From Lachnospiraceae bacterium (GTDB lineage: Bacteria > Bacillota > Clostridia > Lachnospirales > Lachnospiraceae), in NCBI GenBank assembly GCA_017543275.1, contig JAFYGJ010000014.1, positions 38,551 to 102,550 on the forward strand: DNA of 64,000 nt. The letters run 5' to 3'. The translations under genes were made by a program, and so were the position numbers. Under the pieces are notes generated by a model that worked only from the letters and a program-made list of their open reading frames with translations, was not told where the DNA came from and made no database searches. This document shows positions 24,664 to 33,242 of this stretch, piece by piece. The first letter of the stretch is position 1; each line of letters opens with the position of its first letter.

Positions 24664-25146
24664 TCAGTCCGCTTCCGGCGGGTTTTTCTCCTGATGGTCG
24701 ATCCACATGCGAAGGGTCTGGACTGCTTCGGAAATCTCGTCAAGCTCTTTTTTGATGTCGTCGAAATCCTCCTGCTCATCCGGATCGATTCTGCCGTCGA
24801 CTGCAATCTCGATCAGACGGTTCTTGCGCTTTTCAAGAGAATTGATTGCATTGACCGTTTCAAGCGTAATCTGAGAAAGAGACTTCAGTTCGATTTCCGG
24901 GACATAGATCTGCCCGATCGGGCACTCGTGCGAACAGTAGTAATTGCAGAGGCGCGCGTCGCGGTAACAGCGTGACATGGCAAGTACTTCTTCCGGATGC
25001 GGAAGGGAACGTTCGGATTCGATCTTTTCGATCCGGTCATCGCTGACGAAACTCATCAGTTCGCCGGCTCTCTCCCGGGTAAGCCCGGCAGCTTCTCTGG
25101 AGATCTGGTAAGCATTTTTATTGGCTTTAACGGATTTTCTTCCCAT
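24664..25146 (-). CDS. XRE-type helix-turn-helix protein with a Cys-rich segment
   Basis: N-terminal HTH-like segment AYQISREAAGLTRERAGELM, then CYRDARLCNYYCSHECP. The start is set at ATG 25146, 10 nt after AAGGAG, rather than GTG 25155. Confidence 0.6.
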   Translation of the reverse strand: MGRKSVKANKNAYQISREAAGLTRERAGELMSFVSDDRIEKIESERSLPHPEEVLAMSRCYRDARLCNYYCSHECPIGQIYVPEIELKSLSQITLETVNAINSLEKRKNRLIEIAVDGRIDPDEQEDFDDIKKELDEISEAVQTLRMWIDHQEKNPPEAD

Positions 25147-25243
25147 AACGTTCACGCTCCTTCCGGTTCATTGCAGCAGACAGATCATCAACAATCAGAC
25201 CTTTATTAGTATATATGGAAAGCGCGAATAAATCAACTGAAAC

Positions 25244-25272
25244 TTGACGGGAAGGGCCGCCGGGTGTATCAT
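25244..25272 (+). promoter_or_regulatory. Sigma-A-type promoter upstream of the PI-PLC-like gene
   Basis: TTGACG (25244-25249), 17-nt spacer, TATCAT (25267-25272). Confidence 0.45.
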
Positions 25273-25365
25273 AGCACTTTAAGATTGTGTTTTATGGGAT
25301 CACAACGCGCATGGCCCGGTTTCGGGCAGCGGCAGCGATATTTTTACAGGGAGTATGATACGGCT

Positions 25366-26373
25366 ATGGAAAATGAAAAGAAACCGATGAAACCGGCAGC
25401 AATGGTTTTATTTATCCTTTTTCTGCTGATTATTGTGGTGTTGGGATGGGTTATGCTTGTTCCGAATCTTGAAAAGGCGGATACATTGCCGGTTTTCGGC
25501 TCGGACCGCTGGATGGGAGATATCCCGGATGAGACGCTTTTGTCGGAGATGGTGATTCCCGGGACGCATGATTCCGGAACCCAGTATGTGCAGCTTGCGT
25601 ATTTTTCGAAATGCCAGTCGGCTTCGATTGCGGAACAGCTGAAGGCCGGTTTCCGTTATCTTGACATACGTCTCGGTGCGGATCAGGGAAAGCTGAAATT
25701 CATGCACGGCTTTACAAGCTGCAGGACCGGAAGTTCGATCTGGAGCTCTGCGCTGTATGTGGATTCGGTGCTTTCGGACTGCGCATCGTTCCTTTCAGAA
25801 CATCCGACTGAGTGCGTGCTCTTTGTCGTGAAACAGGAGCACGGGGACGAGAGCGTTTCGGAGTTCCAGGCGCTTCTTGACCAGGCGATCAGCGCTTCCG
25901 GTATTTCGCTCCTTGAGACCGAAGCCATGCCGACAATCGGAGAAGCCCGCGGGAAATTGGTACTGTTCCGGCGATATGAAGATGAAGCAGGCCTGAAGGC
26001 GCGTGCCGGCATCCCGCTGATCTGGGAAGACCAGCCCAAAGACGGACTCGATTATGTTTCGCCGCCTTTCAGGATCAGCGAATCTGCGGGGCTTACGCTG
26101 CAGGTTCAGGACCGTTTTGAATACACAGTGGGTTCGAAATGGGCGGCATTCAAGGAAAGCCTTTATGGCAGCGATATAAACCTGGACTTCCTAAGTACCA
26201 AGGGCACCGCTAAATACGGCCATCCGTACCGGTTTGCGAAAAAGCTGAACCGGAAGCTTCTGAAAGAGGATCTGACCGTGTACCGGGAGTCTCTGACAGG
26301 CGTCTTTGTGATTGTGGATTTCGGCAGCCCGAAACTGGCGCAGAAGGTATACAGCCTCAATTTCCCGGAATAA
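25366..26373 (+). CDS. Membrane-anchored phosphatidylinositol-specific phospholipase C X-domain protein
   Basis: N-terminal TM helix (AAMVLFILFLLIIVVLGWVMLV), then PI-PLC X-domain motifs IPGTHDSGT and RYLDIRL. ATG 25366 was chosen within ORF 25264-26373. Confidence 0.75.
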   Translation: MENEKKPMKPAAMVLFILFLLIIVVLGWVMLVPNLEKADTLPVFGSDRWMGDIPDETLLSEMVIPGTHDSGTQYVQLAYFSKCQSASIAEQLKAGFRYLDIRLGADQGKLKFMHGFTSCRTGSSIWSSALYVDSVLSDCASFLSEHPTECVLFVVKQEHGDESVSEFQALLDQAISASGISLLETEAMPTIGEARGKLVLFRRYEDEAGLKARAGIPLIWEDQPKDGLDYVSPPFRISESAGLTLQVQDRFEYTVGSKWAAFKESLYGSDINLDFLSTKGTAKYGHPYRFAKKLNRKLLKEDLTVYRESLTGVFVIVDFGSPKLAQKVYSLNFPE

Positions 26374-26398
26374 CAGGGGCAGCACGGAGGTATAGCAG

Positions 26399-27460
26399 AT
26401 GATGGAGCAGAAGGAACTGGATTTTCTCAGGGAAGTAACGGATCTTCAGGGCACGAGCGGCGGAGAAGCGGCAGTTCGGGAGTATTTCCGGGGAAAATAC
26501 GCCGGGCTTGCGGATAAAGTGGAAACCGACGGAATGGGTTCGCTTTTAGCGGAGCTTGGAACTTCAGGCCCGCGGATCCTTGCAGCCGGCCATATGGATG
26601 AAGTCGGCTTCATGGTTCGCAGCATCACGGAGGACGGCTTTGTCCGTTTCACGCGCTGCGGCTACTACTTTATTACCGGCGTGCTGTCGCAGCATTTTGT
26701 GATCCAGACGGAGAAGGGCGACGTGGAAGCGCTCTGCGCGATCGGTCCGGAAGGCGGGATGAACAAGGAGTATCCCGAGATGGAGAAGCTTGTGCTGGAC
26801 GTCGGCTGCAGCTCCAAAGAAGAAGTTCGCGAACTCGGTATCCGGATCGGTGATTTCATTGTCCCAAAGGGAGATTTCACACAGCTCGGGAAGGATAAAA
26901 AACACCTTGTCAATAAGGCCTGGGATAACCGGATCGGCTGTGCAGTTTCCTATCGCGTGATGGAGAACCTCCGGGAATCCGGCCATCCCAATATCTTCAT
27001 CGGCGGGGGTTCGGTTCAGGAAGAGGTCGGGACGCGCGGTGCGAAAACGCTTGGCTTTCAGTCCCGTGCGGATATCGGCTTTTCCATTGATGTTGGCATT
27101 GCTGACGATGTGCCCGGCGCAGACCGGGAGCGCGTGTCTCTCGGGAAAGGACCGGATCTCTGCTTCATGGATTCTGCTACAATCTCCAACCGGAAGCTGA
27201 TGCGTTTTGCTGTATCGGTCGCCGAGGAATGCGGCATTCCTTATCAGACTTCAGTCATGAAGCACGGCGGAACCGACGCCGGTGAATTTCAGGGTATCCG
27301 CTCAGGCATGCCGGTGCTTCTTCTGAATGTTCCCTCACGCTACTGCCACACGCCGACGAGCATGATCCATTACGATGATTATATGAATACCGTCCGCCTT
27401 CTCACGGAGATGGTGTGTCGATTGGATCAGAAAACCGTTGACGAAATCAGGAGCTTCTGA
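26399..27460 (+). CDS. M42-family metallopeptidase (glutamyl aminopeptidase / FrvX-CelM type)
   Basis: LAAGHMDEVGFMV...KAWDNRIG...SVQEEVGTRGA...CHTP motifs. Confidence 0.85.
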   Translation: MMEQKELDFLREVTDLQGTSGGEAAVREYFRGKYAGLADKVETDGMGSLLAELGTSGPRILAAGHMDEVGFMVRSITEDGFVRFTRCGYYFITGVLSQHFVIQTEKGDVEALCAIGPEGGMNKEYPEMEKLVLDVGCSSKEEVRELGIRIGDFIVPKGDFTQLGKDKKHLVNKAWDNRIGCAVSYRVMENLRESGHPNIFIGGGSVQEEVGTRGAKTLGFQSRADIGFSIDVGIADDVPGADRERVSLGKGPDLCFMDSATISNRKLMRFAVSVAEECGIPYQTSVMKHGGTDAGEFQGIRSGMPVLLLNVPSRYCHTPTSMIHYDDYMNTVRLLTEMVCRLDQKTVDEIRSF

Positions 27461-27615
27461 TGGCGGAATAATCGGTTTTATTCCGCGGAAACAATCCTTT
27501 TTTCACTTCCATAAAAATGCTATGATAATCCGCGAGGAGGCAGAAAACCTCCCCGCGGATTTTTGTTCCGACGGGCAGAAATGCCTGTCCGCTGTATGTG
27601 AAAGGGGTGAAAAGG

Positions 27616-29124
27616 ATGGAAAAATATCTGATTCCACTGATTATTATTGTTGTCATCCTGCTGATTATCATTATTATCTCAGGCTATGTGAAGGCACCGC
27701 CGGACAAGGCCTATATTATTTCCGGCCTTCGCCGCGAACCGCGGATCCTGATCGGACGCGCCGGCGTAAAGCTGCCCTTCCTGGAAAGAAAAGATACGCT
27801 GGTCCTGAAGCAGGTCAGCATTGATATCAAAACGAACGGCTATGTGCCGACGCTGGATTTCATCGGCGTGGATATCGACGCAGTTGCCAAGGTACGGGTC
27901 AAAACCGATCCGGAAGGCATTAAGATTGCGATGAAGAACTTCCTTAATATGGACGACAAAACCATCATCGCAGCGCTGACGGATTCCCTGCAGGGCAACA
28001 TGCGTGAGATTATCGGCACGGTCCGGCTGAAAGAACTGAACACAGACCGGAAGAAATTCGGTGACGAGGTGCAGGAGAAGGCTCAGAAAGATATGAATGC
28101 GCTGGGCATCGAGATTATTTCCTGCAACATCCAGAAAATAGAGGATGAAAAGGGACTGATTGTCGCCCTCGGCCAGGATAATATGTCGCAGATCCAGAAG
28201 GATGCTTCGATTGCAAAAGCACAGGCAGACAAGGATGTGGCAGTCGCTGAGGCAGAGGCAAAACGCCTTGCGAATGAAGCACAGGTTGCAGCCGAGACAG
28301 AAATCGCGGCAAGAAAGAACGAACTTCGGATCCGTCAGGCAGAGTTGAAGAGAGAGTCGGATGTGAAGCAGGCGGAAGCAGATGCGGCTTATGAGATTCA
28401 GCAGCAGGAGCAGCGGAAAACGATCGAGGTTGCGACTGCAAATGCGAATATCGCGCGTCAGGAGCGCGAAATCGAGCTGAAAAAGAAAGACGTCGAAGTG
28501 ACCGAACAGACTCTCGAGGCGCAGATCAAGAAGAAAGCCGAGGCTGAAAAATATGCGCGTCAGCAGCAGGCGGAAGCCGAGCTCTTTGAACGTCAGCGCA
28601 AGGCCGAGGCGGAGCGCTTCGAACGCGAGAAGGAAGCCGAGGCGAAGAAGGTCCAGGCGGAAGCAGAACTTTATGCCAAGACCCAGGAAGCGGAAGGCAT
28701 TCGGAAGGTCGGCGAGGCAGAGGCAAAGGCCATTGAGGCGAAAGGCATCGCGGAAGCGGAGGCGCTGGAGAAGAAAGCCGAGGCCATGAAGAAATACGGC
28801 CAGGCAGCCATGATGGAAATGATCGTGAAGGCCCTTCCTGAGATGGCGGCGGCAATTGCGAAACCGATGGAGTCGATCGACAGGATTACGATCATCGACG
28901 GAGGTGCAAACGGCGAATCAGGCGTTTCCCAGATGGGCGGCTACGTTCCGAACGTGCTCGCAAAGACCATTGAATCCGTGAAGGAGGTCACCGGTCTCGA
29001 TCTTGTGGAGGTTATGAAGGCCCAGACCTACGATGCGAAGGTAAACCGCAACATTAACGTGAGCGGGCTTACAGAAGAGGCCCAGGAGGCGCTGAAAGGG
29101 GCGGTTTCAGGCGCCGAAGCGTAA
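27616..29124 (+). CDS. Flotillin-family SPFH protein (YqiK/FloT-like)
   Basis: ATG 27616 follows AAAGGGGTGAAAAGG. The order is an N-terminal TM helix, an SPFH domain, then a long Ala/Glu/Lys-rich coiled-coil (flotillin) region. Confidence 0.9.
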   Translation: MEKYLIPLIIIVVILLIIIIISGYVKAPPDKAYIISGLRREPRILIGRAGVKLPFLERKDTLVLKQVSIDIKTNGYVPTLDFIGVDIDAVAKVRVKTDPEGIKIAMKNFLNMDDKTIIAALTDSLQGNMREIIGTVRLKELNTDRKKFGDEVQEKAQKDMNALGIEIISCNIQKIEDEKGLIVALGQDNMSQIQKDASIAKAQADKDVAVAEAEAKRLANEAQVAAETEIAARKNELRIRQAELKRESDVKQAEADAAYEIQQQEQRKTIEVATANANIARQEREIELKKKDVEVTEQTLEAQIKKKAEAEKYARQQQAEAELFERQRKAEAERFEREKEAEAKKVQAEAELYAKTQEAEGIRKVGEAEAKAIEAKGIAEAEALEKKAEAMKKYGQAAMMEMIVKALPEMAAAIAKPMESIDRITIIDGGANGESGVSQMGGYVPNVLAKTIESVKEVTGLDLVEVMKAQTYDAKVNRNINVSGLTEEAQEALKGAVSGAEA

Positions 29125-29148
29125 CTTATACAAAATAATACACAAAAA

Positions 29149-29176
29149 GAAAACGGCCGGGAAACCGGCCGTTTTC
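29149..29176 (+). terminator. Rho-independent terminator after the flotillin gene
   Basis: GAAAACGGCCGG (29149-29160), loop GAAA, then CCGGCCGTTTTC (29165-29176). Confidence 0.8.
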
Positions 29177-29193
29177 GACATCTGTGCAGGGCC

Positions 29194-29222
29194 TTGATGC
29201 CTGGGGGAAACTGTGTTATGAT
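29194..29222 (+). promoter_or_regulatory. Sigma-A-type promoter upstream of the 144-aa hypothetical gene
   Basis: TTGATG (29194-29199), 17-nt spacer, TATGAT (29217-29222) with TGT immediately upstream. Confidence 0.4.
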
Positions 29223-29308
29223 GATACCCGTAAAACAGGCATACGATCCCGCTGCTCATAATCCTGGGGGGACTGCGGCGATGAGACACTGACGCAAGGA
29301 GGATTCAC

Positions 29309-29743
29309 ATGGACGATCTGAATGTTTACGAACAGTATTTTGCAGCGGAAATGACCGCAAACGGAAGGCCGCGTCATGCGGCACTTGTAAAACTCATTGC
29401 GCAGTCGGGAGAGGGAAAGATCCGCTATGAAGCGGCTGTAAGTTTCTTTCCCTACGACGATCCGGAGGACTTTATGGTTTCCTACGACGCGTACTTCAGT
29501 AAGACTTTGTATGAAGGCACCGGCAGACGCTCGAAAAAGCGCGAAAAAGCGCTCCTTGCGGATTTCAGGGAAACAATCGACGAACTCACGAAAAACCCCG
29601 AAAACTGCGCAAATTTCGCCGAAAACGGGATGTTGTGGACCGAAGGGACAGTTTTCTGGGATCAGCCCCTCATGGATGCCCGCGGTGATCACAGGCTTCC
29701 GCCTGTCCCGGACGGACAGACATCAGACAGCGGGTGCAAATAA
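29309..29743 (+). CDS. Hypothetical cytoplasmic protein (144 aa); no family recognised
   Basis: ATG 29309 follows AAGGAGG. There are no hydrophobic segments and no motif I can assign. Confidence 0.55.
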   Translation: MDDLNVYEQYFAAEMTANGRPRHAALVKLIAQSGEGKIRYEAAVSFFPYDDPEDFMVSYDAYFSKTLYEGTGRRSKKREKALLADFRETIDELTKNPENCANFAENGMLWTEGTVFWDQPLMDARGDHRLPPVPDGQTSDSGCK

Positions 29744-29859
29744 AAGAACAGCACGAAAAGGTCTTCCTTTTTCCGGCAATTTAGGGTATACTGATAAGGC
29801 ATCGGAAAGCCGGTGCTTCATTTCGTGAATATACAAAGAAAGCAGAGTATTGGAAAAAT

Positions 29860-30627
29860 ATGCTGGAACTGAAAAACATTTCCTTTATGGTGGATTCGGA
29901 AGGTGCGGACAAGGAGATTATCCGGGATGTCACGCTCACGATTCCGGACCGGAAGATGGTCGTCGTGACCGGCCCGAACGGCGGCGGAAAGTCGACGCTG
30001 GCCCGGCTGATTGCTGGCATTGAAAAGCCGACTTCGGGGCAGATTTTCCTGAACGGTGAAGATATTACGGAGAAATCCGTCACAGAACGCGCGAACCTTG
30101 GCATCGGCTTTGCCTTCCAGCAGCCGGTGAAATTCAAGGGGATCCGCGTAATCGACCTGATCCGCCTTGCTTCCGGAAACCCGAGGCTGTCGATTGCGAA
30201 CGCCTGTGAATACCTTTCGGCTGTCGGGCTTTGCGCGATGGACTATATCGACCGCGAAGTGAATGCCAGTCTTTCGGGCGGTGAACTGAAACGGATCGAA
30301 ATTGCGACCGTCATTGCACGTGCGACAAAGCTTTCAGTCTTTGACGAACCGGAGGCCGGGATCGATCTCTGGTCCTTCCAGAACCTGATCGAAGTGTTCC
30401 GGCATCTCCGGGAGAACATCAAGGACAGTTCAATCATGATCATTTCACACCAGGAGCGGATTCTGGCGATTGCGGATGAGATCGTGGTATTAAGGGACGG
30501 CGTCGTTGACCGGCAGGGACCGCGGGACGAGATTCTTCCGGGCCTTTTGGGGACGACTTCGGCTGTACCGAGCTGCCGCGTAGTGCAGGCACAGGACAGT
30601 CTTGCGGCAAACACCGCGGTACAGTGA
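29860..30627 (+). CDS. SufC-like ABC ATPase
   Basis: Walker A GPNGGGKST, signature LSGGELKR and Walker B VFDEPEAGID. No permease gene is adjacent; the neighbour is a SufB/D-like gene. Confidence 0.8.
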   Translation: MLELKNISFMVDSEGADKEIIRDVTLTIPDRKMVVVTGPNGGGKSTLARLIAGIEKPTSGQIFLNGEDITEKSVTERANLGIGFAFQQPVKFKGIRVIDLIRLASGNPRLSIANACEYLSAVGLCAMDYIDREVNASLSGGELKRIEIATVIARATKLSVFDEPEAGIDLWSFQNLIEVFRHLRENIKDSSIMIISHQERILAIADEIVVLRDGVVDRQGPRDEILPGLLGTTSAVPSCRVVQAQDSLAANTAVQ

Positions 30628-30645
30628 GGGAGGAGGACTTTGGCG

Positions 30646-31572
30646 ATGAAGAAACCGGATGAGATTCAGTTAAGACTCTTAAGGGAAGTCGCGGACCTCC
30701 ACGAAATCCCAGAAGGCGCCTATAATATCCGCGCGAACGGCGAATCAGCCGGCCGCCGCTCCACGGAAAACATCGAGATCGTCAGCAAAACGGATGTCAG
30801 CGGGCTTGAAATCTATATTAAGCCCGGCACAAAAAAAGAGAGCGTCCACATCCCGGTTGTCATGACTGAGACCGGTCTGAAGGAGCTCGTCTACAATGAT
30901 TTTCATATCGGCGAAGATGCAGAGGTTGTGATTGTCGCAGGCTGCGGCATCGACAACTGCGGACCGAAGGATTCGGAACACGACGGCATTCACAGATTCT
31001 TTGTCGGGAAGAATGCAAAGGTACGCTATGTCGAGAAGCACTACGGCTCCGGTGACGGCACCGGAAAACGAATCCTGAATCCCGGAACCGAGGTCTACCA
31101 GGAAGAAGGCTCCTCTGTCGAGATGGAAATGGTGCAGATCAAGGGCGTGGACGATACAGTCCGCACAACAACTGCGGAACTTGCTGCCGGCGCGAAGCTT
31201 GTTGTCCGTGAGCGGCTCATGACGCACGGAGAACAGAACGCAGTCTCAACCTATGTCATCAATCTGAACGGCGACGGCGCTTCGGCGGATGTCGTATCCC
31301 GTTCGGTCGCGCGTGATAATTCTTTCCAGAAATTTGACGCAAAGATCGTCGGGAATGCGCAGTGCTCCGGCCATACGGAGTGCGACTCGATAATTATGGA
31401 TAACGGCCGCATCCTTGCGGTTCCAGGCCTCGAAGCCAACAATGTCGACGCCGCACTGGTGCATGAAGCCGCGATCGGAAAGATTGCCGGTGACCAGATC
31501 ATCAAGCTTATGACGCTCGGCCTCACGGAAGCCGAAGCCGAAGAGCAGATCATCAACGGATTCCTGCGATAA
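30646..31572 (+). CDS. SufB/SufD-family protein
   Basis: Beta-helix-type repeat region and a C-terminal pattern, VDAALVHEAAIGKIAGDQIIKLMTLGLTEAEAEEQIINGFL, typical of SufB/D. ATG 30646 follows GGAGGAGG. Confidence 0.75.
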   Translation: MKKPDEIQLRLLREVADLHEIPEGAYNIRANGESAGRRSTENIEIVSKTDVSGLEIYIKPGTKKESVHIPVVMTETGLKELVYNDFHIGEDAEVVIVAGCGIDNCGPKDSEHDGIHRFFVGKNAKVRYVEKHYGSGDGTGKRILNPGTEVYQEEGSSVEMEMVQIKGVDDTVRTTTAELAAGAKLVVRERLMTHGEQNAVSTYVINLNGDGASADVVSRSVARDNSFQKFDAKIVGNAQCSGHTECDSIIMDNGRILAVPGLEANNVDAALVHEAAIGKIAGDQIIKLMTLGLTEAEAEEQIINGFLR

Positions 31573-31658
31573 GTTGAGCCAATCGGGGACAGGTACCAGG
31601 TGGGTCAATCAGCACGCTGATTGACCCACCTGGTACCTGTCCCCGATTGGCTCAACTT
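31571..31658. terminator. Perfect 43-bp inverted repeat filling the gap between two convergent stop codons; presumed bidirectional terminator
   Basis: The left arm 31571-31613 (AAGTTGAGCCAATCGGGGACAGGTACCAGGTGGGTCAATCAGC) is the exact reverse complement of 31616-31658. The formal loop is 2 nt. TT follows on the + strand. Confidence 0.7.
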
Positions 31659-33071
31659 TTACACGGTCTCAACCCGGATCGTGTTGGTGTTTCCGGACTG
31701 GCCGTTGATCCGGCCGCCGGTCAGGACGACTGCGTCACCTTTTTTGAGCCCGAAGACGCGTTTCGCGTGCATGACGGCAAAGTGGAACATGACGTCCATC
31801 GAGTCAAACTGTTCGGAGAGGACCGGGATGACGCCCCACGACAGATTCAGTTTGCGCCAGGCCTTCTCGGAGGTGGTCATGCCGATGATGTCGACCGGGC
31901 AGCGGAAGCGGGAGACGAAACGTGCTGTGATGCCGGAACGGGAGGTCACGACAATACCCTTTGCATGCGTGTCGATCGCCATCGTGCAGACTGCGTGCGA
32001 GATCGCGTCGAGCGTGTTCTTGATCTCATAGGAAGTCCCGTAGAACCATTCCTTGTAATCAATATTTCTTTCAGTATACTCGGCGATTTCGGCCATGTTC
32101 CGGACGGATTCGACCGGGTATTTTCCTGCGGCGGATTCGCCGGAAAGCATAATCGCCGAGGTTCCGTCGTAAACCGCATTCGCAACGTCCGAGATTTCGG
32201 CCCGGGTCGGACGCGGGTTCTGGATCATGGACTCGAGCATCTCGGTCGCAGTAATGACCCGCTTTCCACGAAGCCGGCAGCGGCTGATCAGGTGTTTCTG
32301 GACCGAGGGCACTTCGACATAGGGAATCTCAACGCCGAGGTCGCCGCGTGCGACCATAATGCCGTCTGCGATTTCACAGATTTCGTCGATGTTGTCGACG
32401 CCCGAACGGTTTTCGATCTTGGCAATAATGTCAATGTCCTGTCCGCCGTGTTCGTCGAGGAAGCTCCGCATGACCTGCATGTCTTCTTTCGTGGAGACGA
32501 AGGAAGCTGCGACGAAATCCACGTCGTTTTCGATGCCGAACAGAAGGTCTGACTTGTCCTGCTCCGACAGGAAGTCATTTTTCATCAGCTTGTTCGGGAA
32601 ATTCATGCTCTTGCGGTCGGAGAGCACGCCGCCCGCGATGACCCGGCAGTGAATCCGGGGCTTTTCGATGGATTCCACCTCGAGGATCACGATACCGTTT
32701 GCGATGAGTACCCGGTCACCAGGCGCAAGATCGTCTGCAAGACCGGCGTAGGAAACTGCGACAATCTCTTCATTTCCGACAATATCTTCGGTCGTGAGTG
32801 TGAACAGGTCGCCGTCGTGAAGCTCGATCCGGCCTGATTCAAAGGTTTTGATGCGGTATTCCGGACCTTTCGTGTCGAGCATAATTGCGACCGGAAGATC
32901 CAGTTCCTCCCGGACCTTTTTGATGGTCTCGATTTTGGCGCGGTGTTCTTCATGCGTGCCGTGGGAGAAGTTCAGGCGGGCGACGTCCATGCCCGCTTTG
33001 CACATTTTGCGAAGGACCTCTTCGGACTCTGATGCTGGTCCGATGGTGCAGATGATTTTGGTTTTTCTCAT
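31659..33071 (-). CDS. pyk: Pyruvate kinase
   Basis: MRKTKIICTIGPASES...ARLNFSHG...MLDTKGPE...MVARGDLGVE are canonical pyruvate kinase motifs. Confidence 0.95.
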   Translation of the reverse strand: MRKTKIICTIGPASESEEVLRKMCKAGMDVARLNFSHGTHEEHRAKIETIKKVREELDLPVAIMLDTKGPEYRIKTFESGRIELHDGDLFTLTTEDIVGNEEIVAVSYAGLADDLAPGDRVLIANGIVILEVESIEKPRIHCRVIAGGVLSDRKSMNFPNKLMKNDFLSEQDKSDLLFGIENDVDFVAASFVSTKEDMQVMRSFLDEHGGQDIDIIAKIENRSGVDNIDEICEIADGIMVARGDLGVEIPYVEVPSVQKHLISRCRLRGKRVITATEMLESMIQNPRPTRAEISDVANAVYDGTSAIMLSGESAAGKYPVESVRNMAEIAEYTERNIDYKEWFYGTSYEIKNTLDAISHAVCTMAIDTHAKGIVVTSRSGITARFVSRFRCPVDIIGMTTSEKAWRKLNLSWGVIPVLSEQFDSMDVMFHFAVMHAKRVFGLKKGDAVVLTGGRINGQSGNTNTIRVETV

Positions 33072-33181
33072 GGGAAAGCCTCCTCTGTCTGACTGATTGA
33101 ACTGCTTCTGCCCGTCGCTTTGCTGTCATTTTTATTGTAAACGATTCTGCGGGAAAAATCAATGCAGATATGACTTCCTGC

Positions 33182-33210
33182 TTGACAATCTGTGCGACGG
33201 GCTTTAAGAT
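33182..33210 (+). promoter_or_regulatory. Sigma-A-type promoter upstream of ppa
   Basis: TTGACA (33182-33187), 17-nt spacer, TAAGAT (33205-33210). Confidence 0.5.
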
Positions 33211-33242
33211 GATAAGGAATTATGAAACTTATGGAGGAAAGT

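Noticed and set aside
28115-28895. Several alternative-frame ORFs, on both strands, inside the flotillin gene.
   Set aside because: They arise from the GC/GA-rich repetitive Ala/Glu/Lys coiled-coil coding region. Their translations are Pro/Ser/Arg-rich and of low complexity.
31647-32552. A 301-aa + strand ORF, plus 31621-32031 and 31246-31608, which both begin with MTHLVPVPDWLN.
   Set aside because: The first is antisense to pyruvate kinase. The identical N-termini on both strands are a direct consequence of the perfect 43-bp palindrome and are not real genes.
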